A stretch of 64,000 nt of DNA from the human T2T-CHM13v2.0 reference genome, Homo sapiens: NCBI RefSeq assembly GCF_009914755.1, contig NC_060928.1, one strand, 5' to 3'. Shown here piece after piece: positions 29,437-41,849 of the stretch; the stretch's first letter is position 1, and each line of letters opens with the position of its first letter. The position numbers were made by a program, and so were the translations under genes. The notes beneath the pieces are model-generated. The model was not told the origin of the DNA and ran no database searches. It worked only from the letters and a program-made list of their open reading frames with translations.

Positions 29437-31313
29437 TAATTTTTAAGGGAAGAAATGGAGTGGAAGGCAGAAGTGAAGGCAGAGAGATGACATTTGGGCC
29501 TCTCCTTTCTACTTTAATCCTACCTTCTACCTTGGCCCTTCTCCCCAGAAAAATTTTAATACAGAATCTAAACCTCTCCCTGGATATGTGGAACCCTGGA
29601 GCTCTCTAGGTTGAAACAAGTAGGTTAGAAAATGTTCAACCGTTATCCAAAACAGCCGCCTCTAAAATAATATATAAAACTGTTTTTATGTCCACACAAT
29701 TTTTAATAAGAATGCATCATTTCATTAATTTTGTTAATATTCTTAATCTTTTCTCCTTTAATTTTAAGAGAGCATTGTTTATGAACCACTTGCTTTAATT
29801 GTGAAATCTCTTGACTTCTCTACAACTGTCCAGATATCTGGCTTCCCTTGAAGTTAAAGTTTTGGAGGAGATTGGTGAAATGGAGTTTTGGAGGGGGTTG
29901 GTGAACTGAAAGGTTGTGGAAAAGAAAAGTCCTCTGCCTCTCAGCTTTCCTATTTCTGATCTGGTATTACCCATGACTTGAAAATACAGCCACCACCCCT
30001 CTACCCTGGAAAAGTTACCATCAAAATAGTTGCTGGTGAAGTATTTAATGGTGACGATTGATTTAGCAATGCCTGCAGCTGCTCTTATTTTACAAATGGC
30101 TATTGAAGAAACCTTCAAAAACTGCCCTCAGAATGTTTGAGTTCATCCCAGCAAACATTTTCAAAGCAGTATATTTAAGCATCCTTTATATAAATGAATT
30201 TCAGTCCATTTAATCACAAATAAGAGATTGCATTCTCTGAACATTTCAATTAGATATGATGCATTGAGGCATCATAGAAACAAGTGTGTAAAAAATGCAG
30301 TTTAGGAAGCAAGGAAAAAGGGAAATCACCTTTGATTTTTAAGTTTTTTTTTAACAATTATTTAAGAATGATATTTTTGTTCTTTAGATATTTACCGAAA
30401 AGATGAGAATGGATTAACTGTTTTATCATTAAAGAGTTAAAAAAAAATAGGAATATTAAGAGGGGGACTTCTGGTTTTAATGAATGTGAACACTTTCTCT
30501 TCAACCAGTTTATTAAAAAACTAATTCTCTTAAAGGCATTATTAAAATATGCACAACACAGAAAATTTAAATAAGCTTCTTTTCAAGAAGAAAATTCTGT
30601 TTATACAGCTACAGTACAAGGCCAGCTTCTAGCCTGTGTACACTGGGTATGAGGACAACCTCCAAATACTCTTGATCCTAATTATGGGGGAGAATAAAGC
30701 TTCCCTGCTAGCTTTACAAAATTCACATTTTTGCTCTCTGCCAGGCAGCCTGTTTCTTGCAGGAATATGATTGCGACTATTATAGTAGCCTTGATCAAAG
30801 AAAAGCATAGAAAATTGTCTTTAAAGTGGACAGCAGAGAGAGTGATTTCTATGGCCTTGTCAGAGCCATTGATGAGAGTTTGCTACCGATGAGAAAATAA
30901 TTAGAGAAGATTGTGACTAGCTACTTTGGGGCCAGTGGGAATGGAGAACCTGGACTTGAGAATATTTTAGAGGAAAAAGAAGTGGCTACAGTGTGATATT
31001 GGGTAAGAAAAGAACTGAATATCACAAATGAAAAATAAAATTTGATTTACTGGATACACAGTCCAGCTGCTTTTGTTCTTTAGAAAGTTAAATTACGTGT
31101 TTTAGGTACATAGGTAACTTTGGAAATAAATTAGAATTACCTGGGAAAACAAAGAATAAAGACAGCCTTTTGCATAATGACCTAATGTTAACGAGGTCCA
31201 CTTTTTGATAGAATTTCTTGGTACAAGTGAAATTCTGACATGTGGGGGTAAAGTGGTGTGAATGGTCCCTTAGCACTCCTATGCTGTACTTATTTTGTAA
31301 CCTGTCATTACAG

Positions 31314-31488
31314 TGAACTTCAAATTAATATGACAGATGGCCCTCGTACCTTAAATCCTGACAGCCCTCGCTGCAGTAAACACAACCGCCTCTGCATTCT
31401 CCGAGTTGTGAGGAAGGATGGGGAAAACAAGGGCAGGCAGTTTTATGCCTGTCCTCTACCTAGAGAAGCACAATGTGGATTTTTTGAA
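31314..31488 (+). CDS. NEIL3: NEIL3 coding exon 9 (175 nt), GRF zinc finger 1
   Basis: tacag|T GAA CTT ... TTT GAA|gtatgt; encodes ...PRCSKHNRLCILRVVRKDGENKGRQFYACPLPREAQCGFFE. Confidence 0.98.
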
Positions 31489-32592
31489 GTATGTGTAAGA
31501 TTTATCTAGCTTACTAAAATGTAATTAAATGCTTTGGTTATTAATGTATAACAAATAGCAATACTTTCCTAGTTTTACCTTTTACCTTTAAATTTGAAAT
31601 AGCCATATTGGCATTCAGTCTAAAGCTTGAATGTTGACTAACTTAAAATTCAGATGTTCAGCCACAAGAAATTTAATAAAATAATAGCTATTACATTGTT
31701 AGAGTATATCATATTTATAATCATAAGTCTAGAAGTGTTGCACTTAGCTTGTAAAGTTAGAAAGACACTGAGTGACTAGTAGGTACTAGTAGTACATATG
31801 TGGCTAATAATCCAAGGTAAGAATTTGTTCTTCCTAACTTCAGCGCTACATCAAAACCTTTGGTTTATGCATTGGATAAAGGTTTATAAGAAAAGCAATT
31901 TACATGCCTGGGATTTACAATAACCTTATCAAATCCTACTTAACCACACTTGACCCAAAAAAGTGATGGCACCATAGCAATTTAGCTATAGGCGATTCCT
32001 CCTGCCTTTCCAGTCTGTGGATGTATCCCTAAAGATGAACCTAAGATAGGAGATAAGAACCTCAGGTCCGTTTAGTCAGTCTCACTTCCGGTATTCCTCG
32101 GTGTGAGCATCTCATCAGGCTGAGTGTGATTCTAATGTTCAGAGATACATATTTTTTCTAGTTACTCTTCATCTGGAATAGAACTGAAAAAAGAAAATAT
32201 TGATATGTTTCAGTGCTGGCGCAAAGATTTTCTGGTGGACTTTTTGAAAGATCAAATATCTGTCTTCAATGTGATACCTTCTTAAGGAATTTCCCGGGGA
32301 AAACTGGATAGTGATTTTAGACCTCAATCTCTAAACACAGTGTAACTCTACCCTACAAAATTCACAGATTTCCTCCTCAAGAAGCTTTTATAGATGTAAT
32401 GGGAAAATATTATTAGCAATATTCATGGTATTGCTAAAAATATAATAGCCTTTTTCATATCTCTCTTGAGGTCAAAATTAGTAAGAATAATATAATAGAA
32501 TCTGTCTAATTCAGTCTGCGTAAGTATTTGATTCTTTCTTTTCCTAAGGAAGTTTAATATTAAAATCATGACAAATCTTTGATCTTACAGGG

Positions 32593-32736
32593 TTTTTTTT
32601 GTTGTTGTTTGATTTTTTTAGAGACAGGGTCTCCCTATGTTGCCCAGGCTGGTTTCAAACTCTTGTGCTCAAGCTATCCTCCCACCTCAGCCTCCCAAAG
32701 TGCCGGGATTAAAGGCATGAGCCACCGCACCTCACC
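32593..32736 (-). mobile_element. FLAM_C/Alu left monomer in intron 9
   Basis: Single antisense monomer; TSD tgatcttacagg at 32580-32591 and 32737-32748. Confidence 0.9.
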
Positions 32737-33099
32737 TGATCTTACAGGTTTAACTGAAACAGACCTATAGCAGGGATATTGGTGATTACAGCAAGATTTT
32801 GATAGTTTTCAATTATTCTTAACAAAGTGAAGAAACTTCTGTAAATATACCTTTAGATAAAGGGAAGCTCAGAATTATGGCCATTTTCTGCGTGATTCAA
32901 ACAAATTTGTAAGAGAGATGCTTCTTTTAGGATATAAGCTTTTTTAAAGGCGACGACTAATTACTGGTCTATTTTACAATGTCAAATTAATGATAACAGC
33001 AGTGAAGACTATATGGCACTAATCACATGTGCCTAGGGTTAGCCTGTACATCATGATAACTTTTGTATAAACTTGTAAATTTACCTTTTTTTCCTGCAG

Positions 33100-33282
33100 T
33101 GGGCAGATTTGTCCTTCCCATTCTGCAACCATGGCAAGCGTTCCACCATGAAAACAGTATTGAAGATTGGACCTAACAATGGAAAGAATTTTTTTGTGTG
33201 TCCTCTTGGGAAGGAAAAACAATGCAATTTTTTCCAGTGGGCAGAAAATGGGCCAGGAATAAAAATTATTCCTGGATGCTAA
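33100..33282 (+). CDS. NEIL3: NEIL3 last coding exon 10, GRF zinc finger 2 and stop
   Basis: cctgcag|TGG GCA ... TGC TAA; encodes WADLSFPFCNHGKRSTMKTVLKIGPNNGKNFFVCPLGKEKQCNFFQWAENGPGIKIIPGC*. Confidence 0.98.
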   Translation, partial: WADLSFPFCNHGKRSTMKTVLKIGPNNGKNFFVCPLGKEKQCNFFQWAENGPGIKIIPGC

Positions 33283-33745
33283 TATCTGTAGATTCTCTGG
33301 CATTTAGTCTCTTCAAACTGTGTATAATGTTTGGTCCTCCTCTGTTTCATAGAAAAGTCATAGAATATCTATGATACATTGAAAAGTTACTGCAATATTT
33401 GAGAACTGTTCTTTTTTTTTCTTGTGTGTGCCATCTTTCCATTGTTGGCTACGTCTTTTCTTTTGCCTTGATGAACGTTCTATGTATTTCATCGGATATA
33501 CAGCATATTCCATTTAGGATGTGTATTTAATGCATTTAGTAATGACGATAAAGTGTTTTTAGTATGCTTTTAGTCTCTTGTAACTGGGGAGAAGCAGTGT
33601 TTTTTTTTTAGGAAAGGATTATGCGACACAATAAAATAAGATATTCTGTCTGTAGTGAATACATTTCTCATGTACTAACACTATTTATAATATATGATTA
33701 AAGATATTTCTTGTTTTATTAAATAATAAGAAATAAGATCTCCTT
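33283..33745 (+). other. NEIL3: NEIL3 3' UTR (end approximate)
   Basis: AU-rich; ATTTA at 33302, 33512, 33525, 33534 and 33683; bounded by poly(A) signals. Confidence 0.7.
33630..33723 (+). terminator. Polyadenylation signals AATAAA (33630-33635) and ATTAAA (33718-33723)
   Basis: Hexamers downstream of the stop codon. Confidence 0.65.
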
Positions 33746-34569
33746 TATGAACAAGTCTATTTTTAAAATTCTGTTCAACCAACATTAAGTTCCTGTTAGA
33801 GGCTGGGGCTATGCCAAACCTTGTATGACTTCAAATTTGTGTTCTCATGTAAAGTGATGTGGATGCAGACTATAAAAGTAACATTTAAGAAAAGAAGAAC
33901 TTGCGTGTAGGCGTTTAAAAGAGAGGTTGATTTATATTTTTCTAACGCCCTCTCCCCGCTGCTTGTATTTAAATTTTAGCACAGATCACTATGATTGTTC
34001 CTCCTCGATAAAAAGTCACTCTTAAGGTGTTTCTGTATGCTTGTAAAAAAAAGTCCTTTCAGAGCTGGTTGAATCTGTTTTTTTTAAAGGACAGCACAAA
34101 GGTGGCTTGAACCACTTTCCCGTTCTACCACTAATTTTTCCATGCAGAGCTATAGAAGTTAACAGCATATGAAATTACTGGCAAGAACAAAACATGTTTT
34201 ATAGTTTTATAAGTATTTTGTTTTGACTCTACACTGAAAAGACAGGACCAACCTAGGATGAGTGATCTTCACCCAAATTGCTCAACAGGGCAGTGACTCT
34301 ACAGAACAGACCAGGAACTGGACTGGACAGTTGACAATCTTAGCTGCACTGATGTGAAGTACATAGAGAGTACATTAGGAAGGAAACTGCAAGCTAATTG
34401 TGCAATAAAGAGGAAAAAAGGTCCACTGCAAAAAGGACTTCCAGGAAGTCTGGTCTCCAAAAATGTGCATGTTAATTACACGGAAATGTAAGTAAATGAA
34501 ACAATAGGTTATATGATAAACTTACATCCTTATCCTAATAAGAAATGTACAGGATCTATATGAGGAAAC

Positions 34570-34856
34570 TTTTTTTTTTGAGACAGGGTCTCACTCTGTC
34601 CCCCAGGCTGCAGTGCAGTAGCATGATCTTGGCTCACTGCAGCCTCAACCTGTCGGACTCAAGCGATCCCCTAGCCTCAGCCTCCCAAGTAGCTGGGAAT
34701 ACAGGTGTGTGCCAGCACGCCGGGCTAATTTTTGTATTTTTTGTAGAGACAGGGTTTGCCATACCGCCCAGGCTGGTTTCTTCTGGGCTCAAGAGATCCT
34801 CCCACTTTGGCCTTCCAAAGTGTTGGGATTACAGGCATGAGCCACCATGCCCGGCC
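34570..34856 (-). mobile_element. AluJ element
   Basis: Antisense AluJ; TSD tga.gaaacttt. Confidence 0.93.
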
Positions 34857-35458
34857 TGAAGAAACTTTCATCTGAGAGTCCCAGAGAACCAGATGTATTC
34901 TGGTTCAAACAAGAACAAAAACAAGTTCCTGTTTGGAAGGAAAGATTGTTTAAAAGACAGCGTTCTTTCAGACTTAATTCTATTATGATAAAATTTCTCA
35001 TAAAAAATCTCAGTGGGGGTTTCTGCCTCCTTGTGTCCTGGTGAGCTCCAGCTGAACCCAACCTCCCCACAGATAACTCTAGATTCCGGACAAAATCAAA
35101 AGCACCGCTGGAGAGTGAACTAAAGCAGGCAGATTCTTGAGGGCTGTGAAATTTAGAAGAAAGAATAGGCTGGAGGTGATTTCCCATTTTTTACAGCTTT
35201 TGTCCTGAGGGCAGAACAAAAACAGAATCAAGTAGGCCAACCAAAACTTCAGTAGAAAACCTGAAGTATTTCTCATCTACAGAATCAGCAGGCAATTTTG
35301 GCAGCCACAGCCACTGGGAAGTAAGGGGGAAATCTCAGAAAGGACATGGAGAGGGGAGCCCCACATTCTGTGAAACTCTGCTGATGTCATTGACCACTGA
35401 ACCATATATGCATGGGACAAACTGAACACGGAGCAACCTAAGATAAAAGAGCTGAGCT

Positions 35459-35805
<347 letters not shown>

Positions 35806-35860
35806 CTAACCAAATTAATCTGCTGCTGAGATAAATACATCAACACTCTTTAGAAGACTA

Positions 35861-36669
35861 CAGCAGGTCCTTGAATAAGACTTCATTCAACATCATTTTG
35901 TTATAACTATGAGAAAAAAATCACTTTCAGCCAAGGCCACTATCTGTGTGGAGTTGGCATGCTCTCCACATGTCTGCGTGAGTTTTCCTCTGGACACTGG
36001 GTTCCTACCACATCCAAGGATGTGTGCTTTAGGTAAACTGGCACATGTTCATGGTCCCAGTGTGAGCATGTGAGTGTGAGTTGCCCTGTCATGTGAGGGC
36101 ATCCTGGCCAGGGAGAGTTCCCACCTGGTGCCCTGAGCTGCCAGGATGGGTTCCAACCACCTGCAACCCAGAACTGGAATAAGTGGGTTGGAAAATGAAT
36201 GAATGTGAATTATAGGACAATAAAAATTTGCCAAGTATACAATACAATAATCATACAAATGCACAACAACACAATATGAAACATTTGCAAACATTTATTC
36301 TGTGAGTTAACTCATCACCACTACAACCACCATCAGTCCCTCCAAAATTTGGGTGACTAAGAAAAAGAAAAAAAATTTACTCTGACTGCAGTGTGGAGGG
36401 TGAATGAATTCATTCACCAAAATTTGAGTAACTATTTTGTTTTTATTAATCTTTCTTAAATATATGTACAGCTCACGTTTATTTTAGTGTTTAACATTAG
36501 AAGTCTGTTTAGAAGTTTGATGATGTTTTTGTGACCAGAAATATGCTGTAGGAATTTAACTCTGGTTTATATCAATTAGCCTTTGTGAAAATTGGTTCTG
36601 TCTTAGATTATTTTGCTTAAAGTCACAGTTTCCATGAACCTATCGATGATGTGAAGTGAGAAATTACTG
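35861..36669 (+). mobile_element. MER6 Tigger-family DNA transposon, near full length
   Basis: TA|cagcaggtccttgaataa ... ttaaagtcacagtttccatgaacctatcgatgatg..aagtgag.aattactg matches recalled MER6 ends. Confidence 0.85.
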
Positions 36670-37216
36670 CATGCCAAATCCAGAGTCTTCACCATATAAT
36701 ACCTATACTATTCAGGATACAGTCCAAAACTACACAGCATATGAACAATCAGAATGATGTGACCCAGTTTTAGAGGAAAGACAACCAAGACCCACCCTAA
36801 GATGGCCCAGATGTTGAATAGTAAACACAGATTTTAAAGCAGCTATTATAACTATGTTCATTGAAGTGAATGCTAGAGGGAAATAAAGCCAGGTGGAAAT
36901 CCAAATATTCAAGAGGCAATACAGAAAATATGAAGTTGCAAATATCTAAAGGAATATAAAATTTTTTTCCTTTTAGTTTCTTTAAAACATATGGGACTTT
37001 TAAAGCAGGAAATTAGCTTGTGAAATTTACAATGCAGGTAGATATATGTGACAACTATATCATCAAGGATGGAGAGATTGAAGGATCTATTATATGAGTT
37101 TTCTACATTTTATGTGAAGTGTTACCATATTAATTCTAATTGTACAAAGTTAATGATGTATTTTAATTATCTATTACCAAATTTGGGAAGTTTGCAACCA
37201 TTATCTCTTCCAATAC

Positions 37217-37509
37217 TTTTTATTTTGAGATGGAGTCTCGCTCTTGTCGCCCAGGCTGTAGTGCAGTGGCACGATCTCGGCTCACTGCAACCTCCGCTTC
37301 CTGGGTTCAACCGATTCTCTTGCCTCAGCCTCCTGAGTAGCTGGGATTACAAGCACCTGCCACCACGCCTGGCTAATTTTTGTACTTTTAGTAGAGACAG
37401 GCTGTCGTCATGTTGGCCAGGCTGGTCTCAAACTCCTGACCTCAGGTGATCTGCCTGCCTCGGCCTCCCAAAGTGCTGGGATTACAGGCGTGAGCCACCG
37501 CGCCAGGCC
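37217..37509 (-). mobile_element. AluS element
   Basis: TSD tccaatacttttt. Confidence 0.95.
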
Positions 37510-38336
37510 TCCAATACTTTTTCAATCCCATACTCTTCCTATTCTTCTGAGACTCCAGTGATACAAACGTTAGATTATTAGATTGTTATTGAGATCCCCA
37601 AGGAACATAGCCCAGATCCCTGAGACTCTCTTCCTTTTTTCCAGTCTATTTTTCTCTCTCTTTTGGACCAATTGAGTAAATTGTATTGATCTGTCTTCAA
37701 GGTCACTGAATCTTTTCCGTCATCTCCACTCTACTATTGAGATCATTCAGTGAGGTTTTATTTCAGTTATTATATTTTCCATTTCTATTACTTCCACTTG
37801 GTTTTTTAAAAATATAATTTCTGGGGTTTTTTTGCTAAGATGTTCTAGTTTTTTCCCCTTTGGTTTTGGGAGCATGTATAATTGATTTCTTGAAGCATTT
37901 TTGTGACATCTGCTTTAAAATTGAGATAATCCCCAAATCTGACGAATCTCAGTATTGCCCTCAGTTGAGCATCTAGTCTCATTCAGATGGCTGTTTTCCT
38001 GGTTTTCAGCTTGACAGGTGATTTTTTTTCTCATCATACCTCGGATGTTTCAGTTATGTTAGGAGAGCTTAGATCCTATTTTAATCTTCTATCTTAGCAT
38101 GCCATCAGCCTCTTGAGGTTTAGTGTGTAGGTTCTGGCCTGCACTGTAGGCTTTGGTTTCAATGACAGTGTCATTTACAGAGCCCTTGCGATGCAGTTCT
38201 GTTCTTTCTTCTGATGCTGCTGTGGCTCCTTATCAATCCCCACTGGTGCAGTCTGTGGGCACAGGTGATCCCCTGGGTTGCCTGCTGTTTCTGGAGTTGG
38301 GGAGAGCAGATGTCTCTGTGCCTGTGTTTCCTTATA

Positions 38337-38349
38337 CCACTAGGTGGAG
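38337..38349 (+). promoter_or_regulatory. Candidate CTCF motif
   Basis: ccactaggtggag resembles the CTCF core. Confidence 0.35.
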
Positions 38350-39844
38350 GGAAGCGGTTGCTATTGTCCCACATCAACCACATTGACTCCCACAGCAGCA
38401 GAACCTGGACAGAGCTGTCAGATTTCAGAGCCTGCATCTGTTAGTCCTTATGCTTAACTTGCGAGATGCTATGTGGTCTGCTGGTATTCATCTCTTTGGA
38501 GTTTATCTGCCCATTTCCTGGTATTTCAAACCAGCATCACAAGAATATAAAATATTTTAATGATGGGAGAAAAAACTGAGAGTCAGATAGACTGTGGGGA
38601 AGACAGTGATTTCGAGAGCCACTGTTTATTGAACCTTTCTTTGCAACAGCCGCTGTGCTGAATACTTGCCACAGATCACTTCACTTAATTCTCTTGACCA
38701 CTCTGTGTAATAGACTTTGTTGCTGTTGTTGTGGTGTTGTCGCTATTTCTGATTTTTCAGTTAAGGAGACTTGGACTTCTGTAGGTTAAGTAGGAAGTGT
38801 GTCTGTGTCACACAAGCCATGGTTTGAATGAACTTTGTGAAGCACTGATGCCCACACCCTGAATAAGCTATTCTCCTTCTCATTTATTAAGGAAAAGTAG
38901 CTGTACCCAGAATTGCATGTCTTTAATATGTACAAATATCTAAGAGTCATCTATGTAGGAAAAATAAAGGGAAAAAATACACAAATGAAAATAATTGTGG
39001 TATGATGAGATTATGGTCATTTTTCTTTTCTAACATTTATGTTAAATTTACAATGTTAAAATTCCCATAAGTTCATTTTAAATTCTCATTATACATTTTA
39101 GTTCCATTATTTTATTTTTAAAAATCCACCGTTTTCATGTACTTTTCTAAAGGTACTTATCATTGTATATTATAGTTCATCAGTATTGGCAAATTGGGCA
39201 AGGAAACGAAAAAGCAAGTGTTCTCATGGGGTTCCTAAAAGATGAAACTTCTTTTTGTGGATGTCTTTACAGCACTGATATCTTTTCTGGAGTATACTAT
39301 GGTCCGCATCATGTTGTATTTGTCCTTTCTGCATTTCTTAATGTTCACTTGCTTAAGAAATTATATATGACTCTTCCTTATTCTTCACAGAATCTTACCA
39401 AGTATTGTACTTTGCATACAGTAGAAATTTGGTAAATATTTGTTAAACTTTGTAGATGGAGGTTTAATATAATGTCAGTCTATTGAACATTTTTAACGTT
39501 GTTACCACTATTCAAACATGAAGGCAGTGAAATGTCATTGAAAAGTGTTACTGGAAAATTCCTGTATCTAAAAGCTGTTAAATCTTTCCAGTAGTTTAAA
39601 TGAAAGTCCCTTTTTTTGGTATTTTCTAGAACTTTGCTTACAGATATACAGGCCAAAATTAATCGAATCAAAGGACATGCATTCAGTAAAAGGGAAAGAA
39701 GACACAGAAATAATGCTGCCTTACATCTACACTGTATTTAGGGACATATAGAGATGAGTAAATATAATTATATCTTACAATGCCCATGACTTTGTACCTC
39801 TTCGTCTTTTAGAAAACAAAGCCAACTGATTTAAATAAATGTTT

Positions 39845-40430
39845 AATTCAATTAATCTCTGTTGAACACCTACTATGTGAAAGATTCAGGGACAGGTATT
39901 TTTAAAGCGATCTTGCAGATACATAAATGAGGAAGAAATGATAAGGGAAAATAAGCACTTTAAGCAAAGTGCTAAAGGTTGCAGAGAGGGAAATTTCACA
40001 TATGAGTCAGGAGCTAGGAGAGCTTCAGGAAAGAGGTAGGAAAGAGTTGACATGTCACCTTGATGAGGATTTGCATACGTAGAAGGGCATTTTAGGCAGC
40101 AGGCATAGCATATACAAAGATCTCTAAGAGCAGCAGCACTAGAAGGTGTCAGCAACAGAAATATTCCTGTTTGGCTAGATCATAGGGTATGTGAAGGAAA
40201 ATGGGGAGATAAATGCGTAAAAGAAGAATCAATTCCCATTTCATGGCTATAAATGGATCCTGGGATGGGCCAGTTCTGAGTTCTGAGAATACAAAAATAA
40301 ATAAATCACTCTCTCCTTAAGGAGCCCATGGGCAGATAAGCAAGCCAATGCACACTGAGATACATGCTAAACTGATGACGCAGAGGAACCCAAACAAATG
40401 AAAAAAATGATCAATCCTGCCAGTGGTGTG
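39845..40430 (-). mobile_element. L2 fragments
   Basis: ttgaacacctactatgtg antisense L2 tail and gagagcttcaggaaagaggt. Confidence 0.5.
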
Positions 40431-40444
40431 GGAGATGGTATGCA

Positions 40445-40715
40445 TGGTGGTTAGTCACTCAGATTCTGAATAAAATTGAGTCCTGGAGTCAGACTGCCGG
40501 TCCCAAGATCTGCACCAGCCCTGACTGTGACCTTGACCATACGACCTCGATCTCAATGTTTGAAGTTTTGGCTAGTGTGTGCTAGGTCTTAGATGCCTCA
40601 TCTGTTAGATGGTGACAATAACAGTACAGTTCTTAACAGGGCTCTTGTGAGGATAAAATAAAATATCCACGTGAAGGGTTTAGCATTGGCAGTTAAAGCT
40701 CTTGAGTTAATTTTA
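40445..40715 (+). mobile_element. MIR SINE
   Basis: ctggagtcagactgcc...ctgtgaccttg...ctcatctgttagatgg...ttgtgaggataaaat. Confidence 0.65.
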
Positions 40716-41417
40716 TTATCTTTATCAGTAATAGCCCTGCTACTGTTATGTGTCACAACTATTCTCCTGGAATGTTTCAGAGAGGAAATAACAATGGCGA
40801 TAACCTTAAAGAAGGACCTGAACTACACCCTACAGCAAGGGGATTAAGGATGGAAGGAACAGTGCAAAAGCTGTTTTTGTTTAGGGAACAGAGTCCAGAA
40901 GTTCAAAATAAAAGTATTTGGAAGAGATGCTGGGGTGAGTATTATGGTTCCAATGAGACATCAAAAATTTAGAAATAGGAAACATGAAAGAACTCATAAA
41001 AGTCCTTCATACATGACGAATTTTGAGAGCCAAAGCCTCAGATTAACCTAGGCATATATTATCCTATAGATAGAAATCAGGTATCAGAACAATGAATGTT
41101 ATTACCAAAACTAATCTCTTTCTCTCTCTACTTCTTTGCAGCAGAGATTGTGGCTTCAAGTGCATGGAAACACTGACTATATAGTGTTTCTGGAGGAGCA
41201 GATTGTAGGGTCACATGGTTTCACCCCATGATGGATCCAAGTAGTTCCAGAGTCACATTCATTGAAATCTATTCGAGAAGGGGTAAATCCTGTACTCAAA
41301 GGAGGGCCTGGGGAACAGCAGAGAATGGAAGAAACCTATTGTTCTACTTTCTATGTATTATTTGAATTGTATTGACTTCTCTAATAAAAGAGTAATGAGG
41401 GAGGAAAAAAGAAGTTA

Positions 41418-41849
<432 letters not shown>

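Larger units (their letters stand above)
37170..38400 (-). mobile_element. Old L1M ORF1/5' fragment, antisense, split by an Alu
   Basis: caaatttgggaagttt..ccattat.tcttc.aatac and attgatctgtcttcaagg.tcactga antisense ORF1 motifs. Confidence 0.65.
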
